Of a stretch of 64,000 nucleotides of DNA, positions 29,727 through 38,413 are shown in pieces. The notes under the pieces are model-generated. The model made no database searches and was not told the origin of the DNA. It saw only the letters and a program-made list of their open reading frames with translations. Both the position numbers and the translations under genes were made by a program. Origin of the DNA: Escherichia phage HY03; sequence record NC_031047.1; one strand, written 5' to 3'. Every line of letters begins with the position of its first letter. The stretch's first letter is position 1.

Positions 29727-30284
29727 ATGCAGAAAACGAATCCGGGTTTACAGAGACTATTTCAGATTCCGACATTTACCCTATCGAACAGTGACTTGAC
29801 TAGTGAAATGAAGGTCAAAATTGCTGATACTGCAAGATACTCTTTAAAACAAAACCCGAACCAGGATAAAGCAGAAGTTATTGAAAGATGCCGTATCGCG
29901 GTGTACGCAGAGTTTTTTGTAGCAGATTGGCTAAGCGGGTATGTTAACAAAGGTCAAGAAGATGTCGATGATCCGTACACATATGCATGGGATGTATTGG
30001 CGCATCCAAGATACTGCGGGCTTCGTGTAGAAGTTAAGACACACCAAACTGACTCACGTTGGATTTCTGTAACAACAGGATGCAGCGGAGAGTATCCATA
30101 CGGTTCTGGAATAAATCTAGGGCCCATTCTGAATCATCAGGTCGCTGACTGTATAATTATATTCAACACTAAAGAAATTCATCCAGGTGTCATCCAGTAC
30201 ACTCCGAAGTTCATCGGTGATAGAGAAGACCTTCGTAAGGTTGTAAGAAAAAGCAACTACAACGGATGGTATCTTTCCATTTAA
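29727..30284 (+). CDS. denB: DenB-like endonuclease IV (by position and size)
   Basis: 185 aa downstream of rIIB. Confidence 0.5.
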   Translation: MQKTNPGLQRLFQIPTFTLSNSDLTSEMKVKIADTARYSLKQNPNQDKAEVIERCRIAVYAEFFVADWLSGYVNKGQEDVDDPYTYAWDVLAHPRYCGLRVEVKTHQTDSRWISVTTGCSGEYPYGSGINLGPILNHQVADCIIIFNTKEIHPGVIQYTPKFIGDREDLRKVVRKSNYNGWYLSI

Positions 30285-30300
30285 AAATTTTCACAAAACA

Positions 30301-30330
30301 GTTTACATACCACAAGGACTGTGGTACTAT
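30301..30330 (+). promoter_or_regulatory. T4-type early promoter
   Basis: GTTTACA ... GTGGTACTAT. Confidence 0.5.
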
Positions 30331-30357
30331 ACAACTATCAGCTACGGAGGAGTAAAA

Positions 30358-30621
30358 ATGAAATTTAAATTCTTTTATGTTAAACATAAAATCACAGGTG
30401 AATTTGTTTATGTACAATATTCTGAAATTGACGATGCAACATCATTTATTTCATTGGGATTGTCTAAATATGAATCAGACCAACCATATCTTACTGATAA
30501 ATTGCAACAAGAGCGTTTGTTGAATGGTGATTTAAACAATTCTTGGGAAGTTCTTATTTACGATGATTTAAAGAAAGCTATTAAAGAAAATAATCTTGAA
30601 ATCATTGAGATTGAACTATGA
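30358..30621 (+). CDS. Hypothetical protein
   Basis: ORF track. Confidence 0.4.
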   Translation: MKFKFFYVKHKITGEFVYVQYSEIDDATSFISLGLSKYESDQPYLTDKLQQERLLNGDLNNSWEVLIYDDLKKAIKENNLEIIEIEL

Positions 30622-30806
30622 GTTCATTATGGTGGTGTTTTGTTTGGTTAATTAGTATTCCAATAATTTGTTTAACATTTACTTTTGTGATGAGGTTATT
30701 ATGAAAATTTTGAATTCTGTACTTATTGCGTGTGCGTGGTGGGTTGCGCAAGTTTCGGCGGTAGTAGTTGGTATTCACATTTATTACGAATATTTTTAAA
30801 AAAGTT

Positions 30807-30836
30807 GTTTACAAGACTGTTCCTCTGTGGTATTAT
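30807..30836 (+). promoter_or_regulatory. T4-type early promoter
   Basis: GTTTACA ... GTGGTATTAT. Confidence 0.5.
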
Positions 30837-30864
30837 TATCCTATCAACTACGGAGGAACAGAAA

Positions 30865-30978
30865 ATGAAAAAGATTATTAAAGCTATATGGAATGTAGTT
30901 ATAATACTAGTAGTTTTGAGTATATTCCCAATCGTTTTAATGATTGATGTATTAAACGCTTACTTTGGATTTATGTGA
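30865..30978 (+). CDS. Small hydrophobic peptide (37 aa)
   Basis: ORF track 30730..30978; ATG at 30865 after GGAGGA. Confidence 0.3.
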   Translation: MKKIIKAIWNVVIILVVLSIFPIVLMIDVLNAYFGFM

Positions 30979-30985
30979 GGAAAAT

Positions 30986-31183
30986 ATGAAGCGTAAACGC
31001 AGTGCTTTTACATTTATGGAATGGTTTTTCGATAATATTTTTCCGGCTTTATTCATTTTCATGTTGATTTTCGCCTTGGGTTCAGTTGTAGTTGGAATCT
31101 ATTTGATGACAGTAGTCGGAATTGATATTCATCAAAATGGTTTAAAATCTGTGGTTGAAACAATTTGGAATGGTGTAAAATGA
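30986..31183 (+). CDS. Small membrane protein (65 aa)
   Basis: ORF track 30965..31183; ATG at 30986 after GAGG. Confidence 0.35.
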   Translation: MKRKRSAFTFMEWFFDNIFPALFIFMLIFALGSVVVGIYLMTVVGIDIHQNGLKSVVETIWNGVK

Positions 31184-31298
31184 TGAATTTACTAAACATT
31201 TGGTTTTATATTCTTATGTTTTACATTGGTGCAAATTTCCCATATTGGATGGGATGGTCAACAACTGCATTTGGATTTTATACTCCCTGAGGTGAATT

Positions 31299-31514
31299 AT
31301 GAAAATTTTTAAAGATGTAAAAGTTGGTGAAATTTTCTGTTTAGATAACGGTGATCAGTTAATTCGTATTTCACCTCTTAAGAGCACTAACGAGAAACCG
31401 ACAGTTAATGCTACTTTAGCAAATAACAGTAATGAACGTTTCTGTATTGAAAATGATACTGAAACTTATACCGTAGAAGAATTCTGGGAATTGAGCGTCG
31501 ACTGCGACGAGTAA
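31299..31514 (+). CDS. Hypothetical protein
   Basis: ORF track. Confidence 0.4.
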   Translation: MKIFKDVKVGEIFCLDNGDQLIRISPLKSTNEKPTVNATLANNSNERFCIENDTETYTVEEFWELSVDCDE

Positions 31515-31574
31515 TTTAATGGCCGTGTGTATTCATGCGGCCTTGGAGTAGAAAATAATTTAGAGGAAATTAAT

Positions 31575-32033
31575 ATGAAATATATGACTGTTACTGATCT
31601 GAATAATGCAGGCGCAACTGTTATTGGTACAATCAAGAACGGTGAATGGTTTTTGGGAGTTCCACATAAAGATATTTTATCTAAACCTGGATTTTACTTT
31701 TTAGTAAGTAAATTAGATGGTCGTCCATTTAGTAATCCATGTGTGTCTGCACGATTTTATGTAGGTAATCAGCGTTCTAAGCAAGGATTCAGTGCGGTTT
31801 TAAGTCATATTCGCCAGCGTCGATCTCAGCTTGCGCGTACTATTGCAAATAACAATGTTCCATACACGGTATTTTATCTACCTGCTTCTAAGATGAAACC
31901 TCTGACGACGGGATTTGGAAAAGGTCAGTTAGCTTTAGCGTTTACTCGTAATCATCATTCTGAGTATCAAACGCTTGAAGAAATGAATCGTATGTTGGCT
32001 GATAATTTTAAATTTGTTTTGCAGGCATATTAA
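31575..32033 (+). CDS. ndd: Nucleoid disruption protein Ndd
   Basis: ORF track 31527..32033; [21 protein letters not shown] matches my recollection of T4 Ndd. Confidence 0.7.
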
Positions 32034-32113
32034 TGAGCAATTTCCATAACGAACATGTGATGCAGTTCTATCGTAACAATCTTAAAACTAAAGGCGTCTT
32101 CGGACGCCAGTGA
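32033..32113 (+). CDS. stp: Stp peptide (26 aa), activator of the host anticodon nuclease in T4
   Basis: [26 protein letters not shown] read from sequence; ATG overlaps ndd stop. Confidence 0.7.
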
Positions 32114-32120
32114 GGAAAAT

Positions 32121-32276
32121 ATGAATATTGCGAAACTATTAGGAGTTATTTCATTTATTTGTTGGATAGTAGCATGTGTTTTAACTATCTGTATCGATGC
32201 TAGCAGTGTGTTTTCACAAGCTTTAGCCCAGGGTATGTGTGCATATTTAACATTTGCGTTGTTATCTAATGATTAA
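32121..32276 (+). CDS. ac: Small membrane protein (51 aa), Ac-like by position
   Basis: MNIAKLLGVISFICWIVACVL... read from sequence; GAGGAAAA SD. Confidence 0.45.
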   Translation: MNIAKLLGVISFICWIVACVLTICIDASSVFSQALAQGMCAYLTFALLSND

Positions 32277-32413
32277 GAAAATCTTGGGCTACTCGGTAGC
32301 CCTTGCTGCTTTATTGGTAGCACTATATTATGGAGTAATGTTCGGATTAATTCAAGTCGTGCTTTTCATTTCTGATGTTATTATGGCACTACATTCACTA
32401 GTATGGTAAATTT

Positions 32414-33742
32414 ATGCAACTGAATAATCGCGATTTAAAAAGTATCATTGATAATGAAGCATTGGCTTATGCTATGTACACGGTTGAAAATCGTGCTATT
32501 CCAAATATGATTGATGGATTTAAGCCAGTTCAACGATTTGTTATTGCTCGAGCTCTTGATTTGGCGCGAGGAAATAAAGATAAGTTTCACAAACTCGCTT
32601 CTATTGCAGGTGGTGTAGCTGACCTTGGATATCATCATGGTGAAAACTCTGCGCAAGACGCGGGGGCTTTGATGGCTAATACTTGGAATAATAACTTTCC
32701 TCTGTTAGACGGTCAAGGAAACTTTGGTTCTCGTACTGTCCAAAAGGCAGCAGCAAGTCGTTATATTTTTGCTCGTGTAAGTAAAAATTTCTATAACGTA
32801 TATAAAGATACTGAATATGCTCCAGTACATCAAGATAAAGAACACATTCCGCCTGCTTTCTATTTGCCTGTTATTCCTACTGTTCTTCTTAATGGCGTTT
32901 CCGGTATTGCAACTGGTTATGCAACTTACATTCTTCCTCATAGTGTTTCTTCTGTTAAGAAAGCTGTACTGCAAGCTCTTCAAGGAAAGAAAGTAACTAA
33001 ACCGAAGGTAGAATTCCCAGAATTTCGTGGTGAAGTCGTTGAAATTGATGGGCAATATGAAATTCGTGGAACATATAAGTTTACTTCACGAACTCAAATG
33101 CATATCACTGAGATTCCATATAAGTATGATCGTGAAACTTATGTGAGTAAAATCTTAGACCCGCTTGAAGATAAAGGCTTCATTACATGGGATGATGCTT
33201 GTGGTGAGCATGGCTTTGGCTTCAAAGTTAAATTCCGAAAAGAATACTCTTTGAGCGATAATGAAGAAGAACGCCATGCAAAAATCATGAAAGACTTCGG
33301 GTTGATTGAGCGTCGTTCCCAAAATATTACCGTTATTAATGAGAAAGGAAAGCTGCAAGTTTACGATAACGTAGTTGATTTAATCAAAGACTTCGTTGAA
33401 GTTCGTAAAACTTATGTCCAAAAACGAATTGATAACAAAATCAAAGAAACTGAATCAGCATTTCGTTTAGCCTTTGCCAAGGCACATTTCATTAAGAAAG
33501 TAATTTCAGGTGAAATTGTTGTGCAAGGTAAAACTCGCAAAGAACTGACCGAAGAACTTTCTAAAATTGATATGTATTCTTCTTATGTTGATAAACTAGT
33601 CGGAATGAATATTTTTCATATGACTTCCGACGAAGCAAAGAAACTTGCTGAAGAAGCTAAAGCTAAGAAAGAAGAAAACGAATATTGGAAAACTACTGAT
33701 GTAGTTACAGAATACACCAAAGATTTAGAGGAAATCAAATGA
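32414..33742 (+). CDS. 52: DNA topoisomerase II medium subunit gp52 (GyrA-like)
   Basis: 442 aa; MQLNNRDLKSIIDNEALAYAMYTVENRAIPNMIDGFKPVQRFV. Confidence 0.9.
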   Translation: MQLNNRDLKSIIDNEALAYAMYTVENRAIPNMIDGFKPVQRFVIARALDLARGNKDKFHKLASIAGGVADLGYHHGENSAQDAGALMANTWNNNFPLLDGQGNFGSRTVQKAAASRYIFARVSKNFYNVYKDTEYAPVHQDKEHIPPAFYLPVIPTVLLNGVSGIATGYATYILPHSVSSVKKAVLQALQGKKVTKPKVEFPEFRGEVVEIDGQYEIRGTYKFTSRTQMHITEIPYKYDRETYVSKILDPLEDKGFITWDDACGEHGFGFKVKFRKEYSLSDNEEERHAKIMKDFGLIERRSQNITVINEKGKLQVYDNVVDLIKDFVEVRKTYVQKRIDNKIKETESAFRLAFAKAHFIKKVISGEIVVQGKTRKELTEELSKIDMYSSYVDKLVGMNIFHMTSDEAKKLAEEAKAKKEENEYWKTTDVVTEYTKDLEEIK

Positions 33743-33888
33743 GTCCATTCATAGGTATTACAAGCGCTGCATTAGTATCTGGTGGCATTTTACTGGCGGG
33801 TTTAGGTGTTGTTCCAGCTGTAGCAGGAGGTCTTCTTGCGTTCGGAATTCAACGTGTTATCATGATAGTTATCACAGTCATGCAGTAA
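33739..33888 (+). CDS. Small hydrophobic protein (49 aa)
   Basis: Read from sequence; ATG overlaps gp52 stop. Confidence 0.3.
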   Translation: MSPFIGITSAALVSGGILLAGLGVVPAVAGGLLAFGIQRVIMIVITVMQ

Positions 33889-33893
33889 TTTTA

Positions 33894-33920
33894 GGGAGAG
33901 CCGAGGCTCTCCCTTTTTTA
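33894..33920 (+). terminator. Rho-independent terminator (gggagag..ctctccc plus T6)
   Basis: Seen in sequence. Confidence 0.6.
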
Positions 33921-33943
33921 TTTTAAAATTTTTTCACAAAACG

Positions 33944-33973
33944 GTTTACAACCAAAGCATACTGTGGTACTAT
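33944..33973 (+). promoter_or_regulatory. T4-type early promoter
   Basis: GTTTACA ... GTGGTACTAT. Confidence 0.5.
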
Positions 33974-34014
33974 ACAACTATCAACTACTGATACAGAATT
34001 ACGGAGATTAGAAA

Positions 34015-34650
34015 ATGTCTAAAGTAACTTACATCATCAAAGCTTCTAACGATGTTCTGAATGAAAAAACTGCTGCGATTTTAATTACCATTGCTAAGAA
34101 AGATTTCATTACAGCTGCAGAAGTTCGTAAGGTGCATCCAGATTTAGGTAACGCAGTAGTTAATAGTAATATTGGGGTATTGATTAAAAAAGGCCTGGTG
34201 GAGAAATCTGGTGATGGATTAATCATTACTGGTGAAGCTCAGGATATTATTTCAAATGCAGCAACTTTATATGCACAGGAAAATGCTCCTGAACTACTGA
34301 AAAAACGAGCAACTCGTAAAGCTCGCGAAATTACTTCTGATATGGAAGAAGATAAAGACCTCATGTTAAAACTTTTAGATGAAAATGGATTTGTTCTTAA
34401 AAAGGTTGAAACTTATCGTAGTAACTATCTTGCTATTTTAGAAAAACGCACTCACGGAATTCGTAATTTTGAAATTAACAACAATGGAAATATGCGAATT
34501 TTTGGATACAAAATGATGGAACATCATATTCAGAAATTTACTGATATTGGAATGTCATGTAAAATCGCTAAAAATGGTAATGTGTATCTTGACATTAAAC
34601 GCTCAGCAGAAAACATTGAAGCTGTAATCACCGTAGCATCTGAACTGTGA
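34015..34650 (+). CDS. motA: MotA middle-transcription activator
   Basis: 211 aa; sequence matches my recollection of T4 MotA. Confidence 0.8.
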   Translation: MSKVTYIIKASNDVLNEKTAAILITIAKKDFITAAEVRKVHPDLGNAVVNSNIGVLIKKGLVEKSGDGLIITGEAQDIISNAATLYAQENAPELLKKRATRKAREITSDMEEDKDLMLKLLDENGFVLKKVETYRSNYLAILEKRTHGIRNFEINNNGNMRIFGYKMMEHHIQKFTDIGMSCKIAKNGNVYLDIKRSAENIEAVITVASEL

Positions 34651-34660
34651 GGAATAAATA

Positions 34661-34990
34661 ATGAACAAGTTAGAAATTGTTAATGAACTTCGTCGTTGCG
34701 CAGAACCTACTCAAGAGGGTTGGGATATTTGGTACCATGGAGCTTATCTTGGAACTATCGTAAAGATTAAGACTGGTAAATACATGATTATTCGTGAAAG
34801 TAAAGATGCTCCAGTAGGTATTCGCAATAATTTTATGGCAGCGATAAGTTCATTTACAGATGCAGCTTACGAAATTTACCTTGCTGATTATAAAGAATTC
34901 CAGGAATCTCAACCAGTTATTCGCTCAATTGGTGTTAACAAAGCTCAACAGAAAACTTTATGGCAACGTATTAAAGGATGGTTTAAATGA
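34661..34990 (+). CDS. Hypothetical protein
   Basis: ORF track. Confidence 0.45.
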   Translation: MNKLEIVNELRRCAEPTQEGWDIWYHGAYLGTIVKIKTGKYMIIRESKDAPVGIRNNFMAAISSFTDAAYEIYLADYKEFQESQPVIRSIGVNKAQQKTLWQRIKGWFK

Positions 34991-35138
34991 AAACATTTAA
35001 AATTGTCGTAGAATTTTATAACGACGAAGGTGTAGTCCATCTTAAAGCGGCCAACCAGTTTGATGCGGTAAGAGTATATTGTCAATGCTTTGAAAGTTCT
35101 AAACAAGCTATAAAAATTAAAAGTGTTGAGGAAACCAA

Positions 35139-35606
35139 ATGAAAACCTTCAAAGAGCGTCTTGAATTATTAGACCTGGCTTTATTACGTGAAACTCCAGA
35201 AAGTCTAGCAGCTAAATTACAGGCCTATGGCGACTACACCGAATATACGGAAGAGGATGTTTTAGAAGAGGTTCCTGAAATCTGTTGGCAAGTAGCTCAT
35301 TGGAACAATAATGAAAAATATCAACGTCGAATTGTGTGTGCAGCCAACCGCTTTAAGTTAAAAGATGGTGGGACTCTGGTTATTCCTGACGTTCGTCATT
35401 ATTCTAAAGATATGGCAGAAGTGCTCGACCAGGTAAGTGATAAACTTGTGTCGGACCATGTTTGCGGTGAAGACCAAGGGTTTATTGACCAATATAGTAA
35501 TTATTGGACACGTGAAGAAGCAATGATTATTGCAACTTACGCTGGACAAGTACGTATTGAACGCGGTGGTAGTGAAAAAGAACTTTACTCTGAGGACCTT
35601 TACTAA
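35139..35606 (+). CDS. Hypothetical protein
   Basis: ORF track. Confidence 0.45.
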   Translation: MKTFKERLELLDLALLRETPESLAAKLQAYGDYTEYTEEDVLEEVPEICWQVAHWNNNEKYQRRIVCAANRFKLKDGGTLVIPDVRHYSKDMAEVLDQVSDKLVSDHVCGEDQGFIDQYSNYWTREEAMIIATYAGQVRIERGGSEKELYSEDLY

Positions 35607-35902
35607 TGAATATTAAAAAGTTTCAAATTGATGGAATTACTAATCAAATCCAGGCATTGGAATATGCCAATAAAATGATGTCAACTAATTGGGGAATTTA
35701 TGCTAATGAACCTGCATTTCAGTTTTGTGATATGGAATTAACTAAAAAGCTCGTAGGAAAAGATTATGTATGTCCATTTAGTTCCCCAATAAATGGAATG
35801 CTAAAACCTGCTTTACGTGATCTTTATATTGCGATGAACGAAGAGATGATAAAAAAGCTAAAACGTCAACTGAAGGTGATTCAATTTGGCCAGGGAAATT
35901 AA
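35606..35902 (+). CDS. Hypothetical protein
   Basis: ORF track; followed by an overlapping ORF (35886..36104) without an obvious ATG. Confidence 0.4.
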   Translation: MNIKKFQIDGITNQIQALEYANKMMSTNWGIYANEPAFQFCDMELTKKLVGKDYVCPFSSPINGMLKPALRDLYIAMNEEMIKKLKRQLKVIQFGQGN

Positions 35903-36187
35903 TTCAAAATCCGATTATTTTAATTCTCTCAATGATAAAGATAAAAATCTAATACGGCATTTTATTGTTGAGATGGGATATACTGATACACGTGATTTAA
36001 GAGAACATATATTTGAATGTGGTGTAGCTAAAAAGTTTTCATTCACGTGCAAATGTTTAAGAGAGGTGATTCAGCACTATGAACAATTTAGTCGCAAAAC
36101 ATAATTTTAATAAAGCTTCTGTTCATAAAGATAAGAAGAAAGCGTTTAAAGAATCTAATCGCAAACAGAAACATAAGGGGAAGGTCT

Positions 36188-36466
36188 ATGATTATTGATT
36201 CTCAATCTGTAGTTCAATATACAATCAAAATTGACATTCTAGAAAAGCTATATAAGTTTCTACCAAATCTATATCACTCAATTGTCAATGAATTAGTTGA
36301 AGAACTACATCTTGAGAATAATGATTTCTTGGTTGGAACTTATAAAGATAACTCAAAGGCGGGGTATTTTTACGTAATTCCAGCTCCAGGAAAAAGTATT
36401 GATGATGTATTAAAAACTATAATGATTTATGTCCATGATTACGAAATTGAAGATTATTTCGAATGA
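36188..36466 (+). CDS. arn: Arn-like acidic protein (by position and size)
   Basis: 92 aa immediately upstream of asiA. Confidence 0.45.
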   Translation: MIIDSQSVVQYTIKIDILEKLYKFLPNLYHSIVNELVEELHLENNDFLVGTYKDNSKAGYFYVIPAPGKSIDDVLKTIMIYVHDYEIEDYFE

Positions 36467-36627
36467 GTCATAATCTTGAAAAGGTAATCGAGCATAATGT
36501 AGCTCAGGAACGTGAGTCGTTCAAGGAATTCGTAGAAAAAATTTTTGAAGAAAATAACACAGACCAGTTTACAAATCAAGTGTCTGATGATATTATAATA
36601 AAGTCAGCTAATTGAGTGGTATAGTTA

Positions 36628-36900
36628 ATGAATAAAAACATTGATACAGTTCGTGAAATTATTACTGTTGCATCTATTTTGATTAAATTTTCCAGAGAAG
36701 ATATTGTTGAGAATCGTGCTATTTTTATTGCATTTCTGAATGAGATTGGAGTAACGCATGAAGGTAGAAAGTTAAATCAGAATTCATTCCGTAAAATTGT
36801 TTCTGAATTAACCCAAGAAGATAAGAAAACCCTCATCGACGAATTCAACGAGGGTTTTGAGGGTGTATATCGATATCTAGAGATGTATACGAACAAATAA
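36628..36900 (+). CDS. asiA: Anti-sigma-70 factor AsiA
   Basis: 90 aa; MNKNIDTVREIITVASILIKFSREDIVENRA matches my recollection of T4 AsiA. Confidence 0.85.
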   Translation: MNKNIDTVREIITVASILIKFSREDIVENRAIFIAFLNEIGVTHEGRKLNQNSFRKIVSELTQEDKKTLIDEFNEGFEGVYRYLEMYTNK

Positions 36901-37557
36901 TTATTTAGCCCTTCCTAATATTCTGGCCGCCTGAGCACATATTGATTCAAGGCGGTCATTACTTATATGATCATTTCTATACCAGTACATGGTTATTGTT
37001 CCAGCATAGATATTATCCAAATTGAAATATGGACAACTGTACATGTAGTTTATTTCGGGAGTAGGCTTTTTAGTTGGTAAAAAAGCAAATTTTGAGTCGG
37101 AATAATAATGACGTCCATTTAAATGAACTGCATATTCATCCATAGTTTTATCAACAGGATATCCTCCAAGTGATTTTTCGCTTATTGTTGAAGGTAATTT
37201 TCCTTCATATGCTATAATATCAACAAAATAGTTTAAGTTTTTAGGGCGGAAAGAATACACCGCACTAAAGTCTGCCTCAGATGATATGTGAACTATCTGG
37301 AGTTGTTCCAGGGCGACAGATTCAAAGCGTGCATTTCTTTCCTTTTCAATAATTTCACTGTATGTTTCATACTTTGATTGCTTATAGTACTCAAAGAAAC
37401 TATCTCCCCTATACCAAACAATCGCCATCATAAATAAAAGAATTACGACAGCTACTCGGGAAGCAAGAACCTTCCCGGTAGCGTTATCTTTGAACAAGCG
37501 ATCTAGAATACCCAACAGAATATCAGAGGGCGAAAATGATATTCTAGGTGCTGCCAT
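36901..37557 (-). CDS. t: Holin T
   Basis: 218 aa; MAAPRISFSPSDIL... single N-terminal TM plus large periplasmic domain. Confidence 0.85.
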   Translation of the reverse strand: MAAPRISFSPSDILLGILDRLFKDNATGKVLASRVAVVILLFMMAIVWYRGDSFFEYYKQSKYETYSEIIEKERNARFESVALEQLQIVHISSEADFSAVYSFRPKNLNYFVDIIAYEGKLPSTISEKSLGGYPVDKTMDEYAVHLNGRHYYSDSKFAFLPTKKPTPEINYMYSCPYFNLDNIYAGTITMYWYRNDHISNDRLESICAQAARILGRAK

Positions 37558-37587
37558 AGACCCTCCTTTTAAGGATATTTATTCAAA

Positions 37588-38382
37588 TTATACTCTTGGA
37601 CCATATATTGCTCCAACATTTTGCCATGTTGGAGCTGATCCTATAACAGCATATCCGGCAGCGCCACCAGCTCCAACTTTTAGAACTTTACCGCCATCAT
37701 GCCAGGCATTTTGTCCATTTGCGCCAGCATCACCACCCTGGCCAGAGTGAGCATTACCATAATTATAACCACCTCCTGGGCCATCATAAGAAGCTGCGCC
37801 ACCGGAATAACCTCCGCCTCCTCCTGGGCCAAATGGTCTTCCTCCACCGCCACCAATATCTTGCCACCTTGCGCCAGAGTGAGGACGATAAGCGATACCG
37901 CCACCACCGCCACCACCGCCACAAATTACTCCACCATTATTAATTCTTAATCGACCACCAATGTCATTTTGAATACAATGTCCACCCTGTTGACCATTAC
38001 CATCTCCACCAGAATGAGTCCATCCACCTTGTCCACCTCTGCCCCACATATGAGCTCCACCGCTAATATTCAACTGAACATATTCATTTGGTGTATCTCC
38101 ATACATGAAGAATAAAGGAACATCTCTAGAATATGATACCAAATTTCCTGTGATATTAAACACTATAGGTGCACTACCTGCCTCAAAACATCTATCTCGG
38201 AACCATTGACCATTAAAGTTATGGTCTGCTCCAAGTGTATGAATTACTTCAACAGATCGACCTATCATATTACTCATCCAAAACGGAATTCCCATTCTCA
38301 ATCTCTGCGCGGCACCACCCATCCAAGGGTCTCCAGTTTGTACCCTCGCAGACGATCCTACCCACGGTCCTGTTACTGCCAT
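37588..38382 (-). CDS. 38: Tail fibre adhesin gp38, T2-type with glycine-rich motifs
   Basis: ORF track 37588..38394; ATG at 38382 after GGAGG; poly-Gly runs (GGGGGGG) separating variable segments. Confidence 0.8.
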   Translation of the reverse strand: MAVTGPWVGSSARVQTGDPWMGGAAQRLRMGIPFWMSNMIGRSVEVIHTLGADHNFNGQWFRDRCFEAGSAPIVFNITGNLVSYSRDVPLFFMYGDTPNEYVQLNISGGAHMWGRGGQGGWTHSGGDGNGQQGGHCIQNDIGGRLRINNGGVICGGGGGGGGIAYRPHSGARWQDIGGGGGRPFGPGGGGGYSGGAASYDGPGGGYNYGNAHSGQGGDAGANGQNAWHDGGKVLKVGAGGAAGYAVIGSAPTWQNVGAIYGPRV

Positions 38383-38413
38383 ATAAACCTCCAAGGGGCC
38401 GAAGCCCCTCTTA

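Noticed and set aside
35886-36104. ORF 35886..36104 overlapping the end of 35606..35902 as a possible frameshifted single gene
   Set aside because: No recognisable domain spans the junction and no slippery site is evident; insufficient evidence, so left as a note on the upstream CDS.
37680-37950. His/Arg-rich and Thr/Ser-rich ORFs on both strands (37680..37922, 37699..37950, 37719..37943)
   Set aside because: Alternative-frame translations of the glycine-codon repeats inside gp38.
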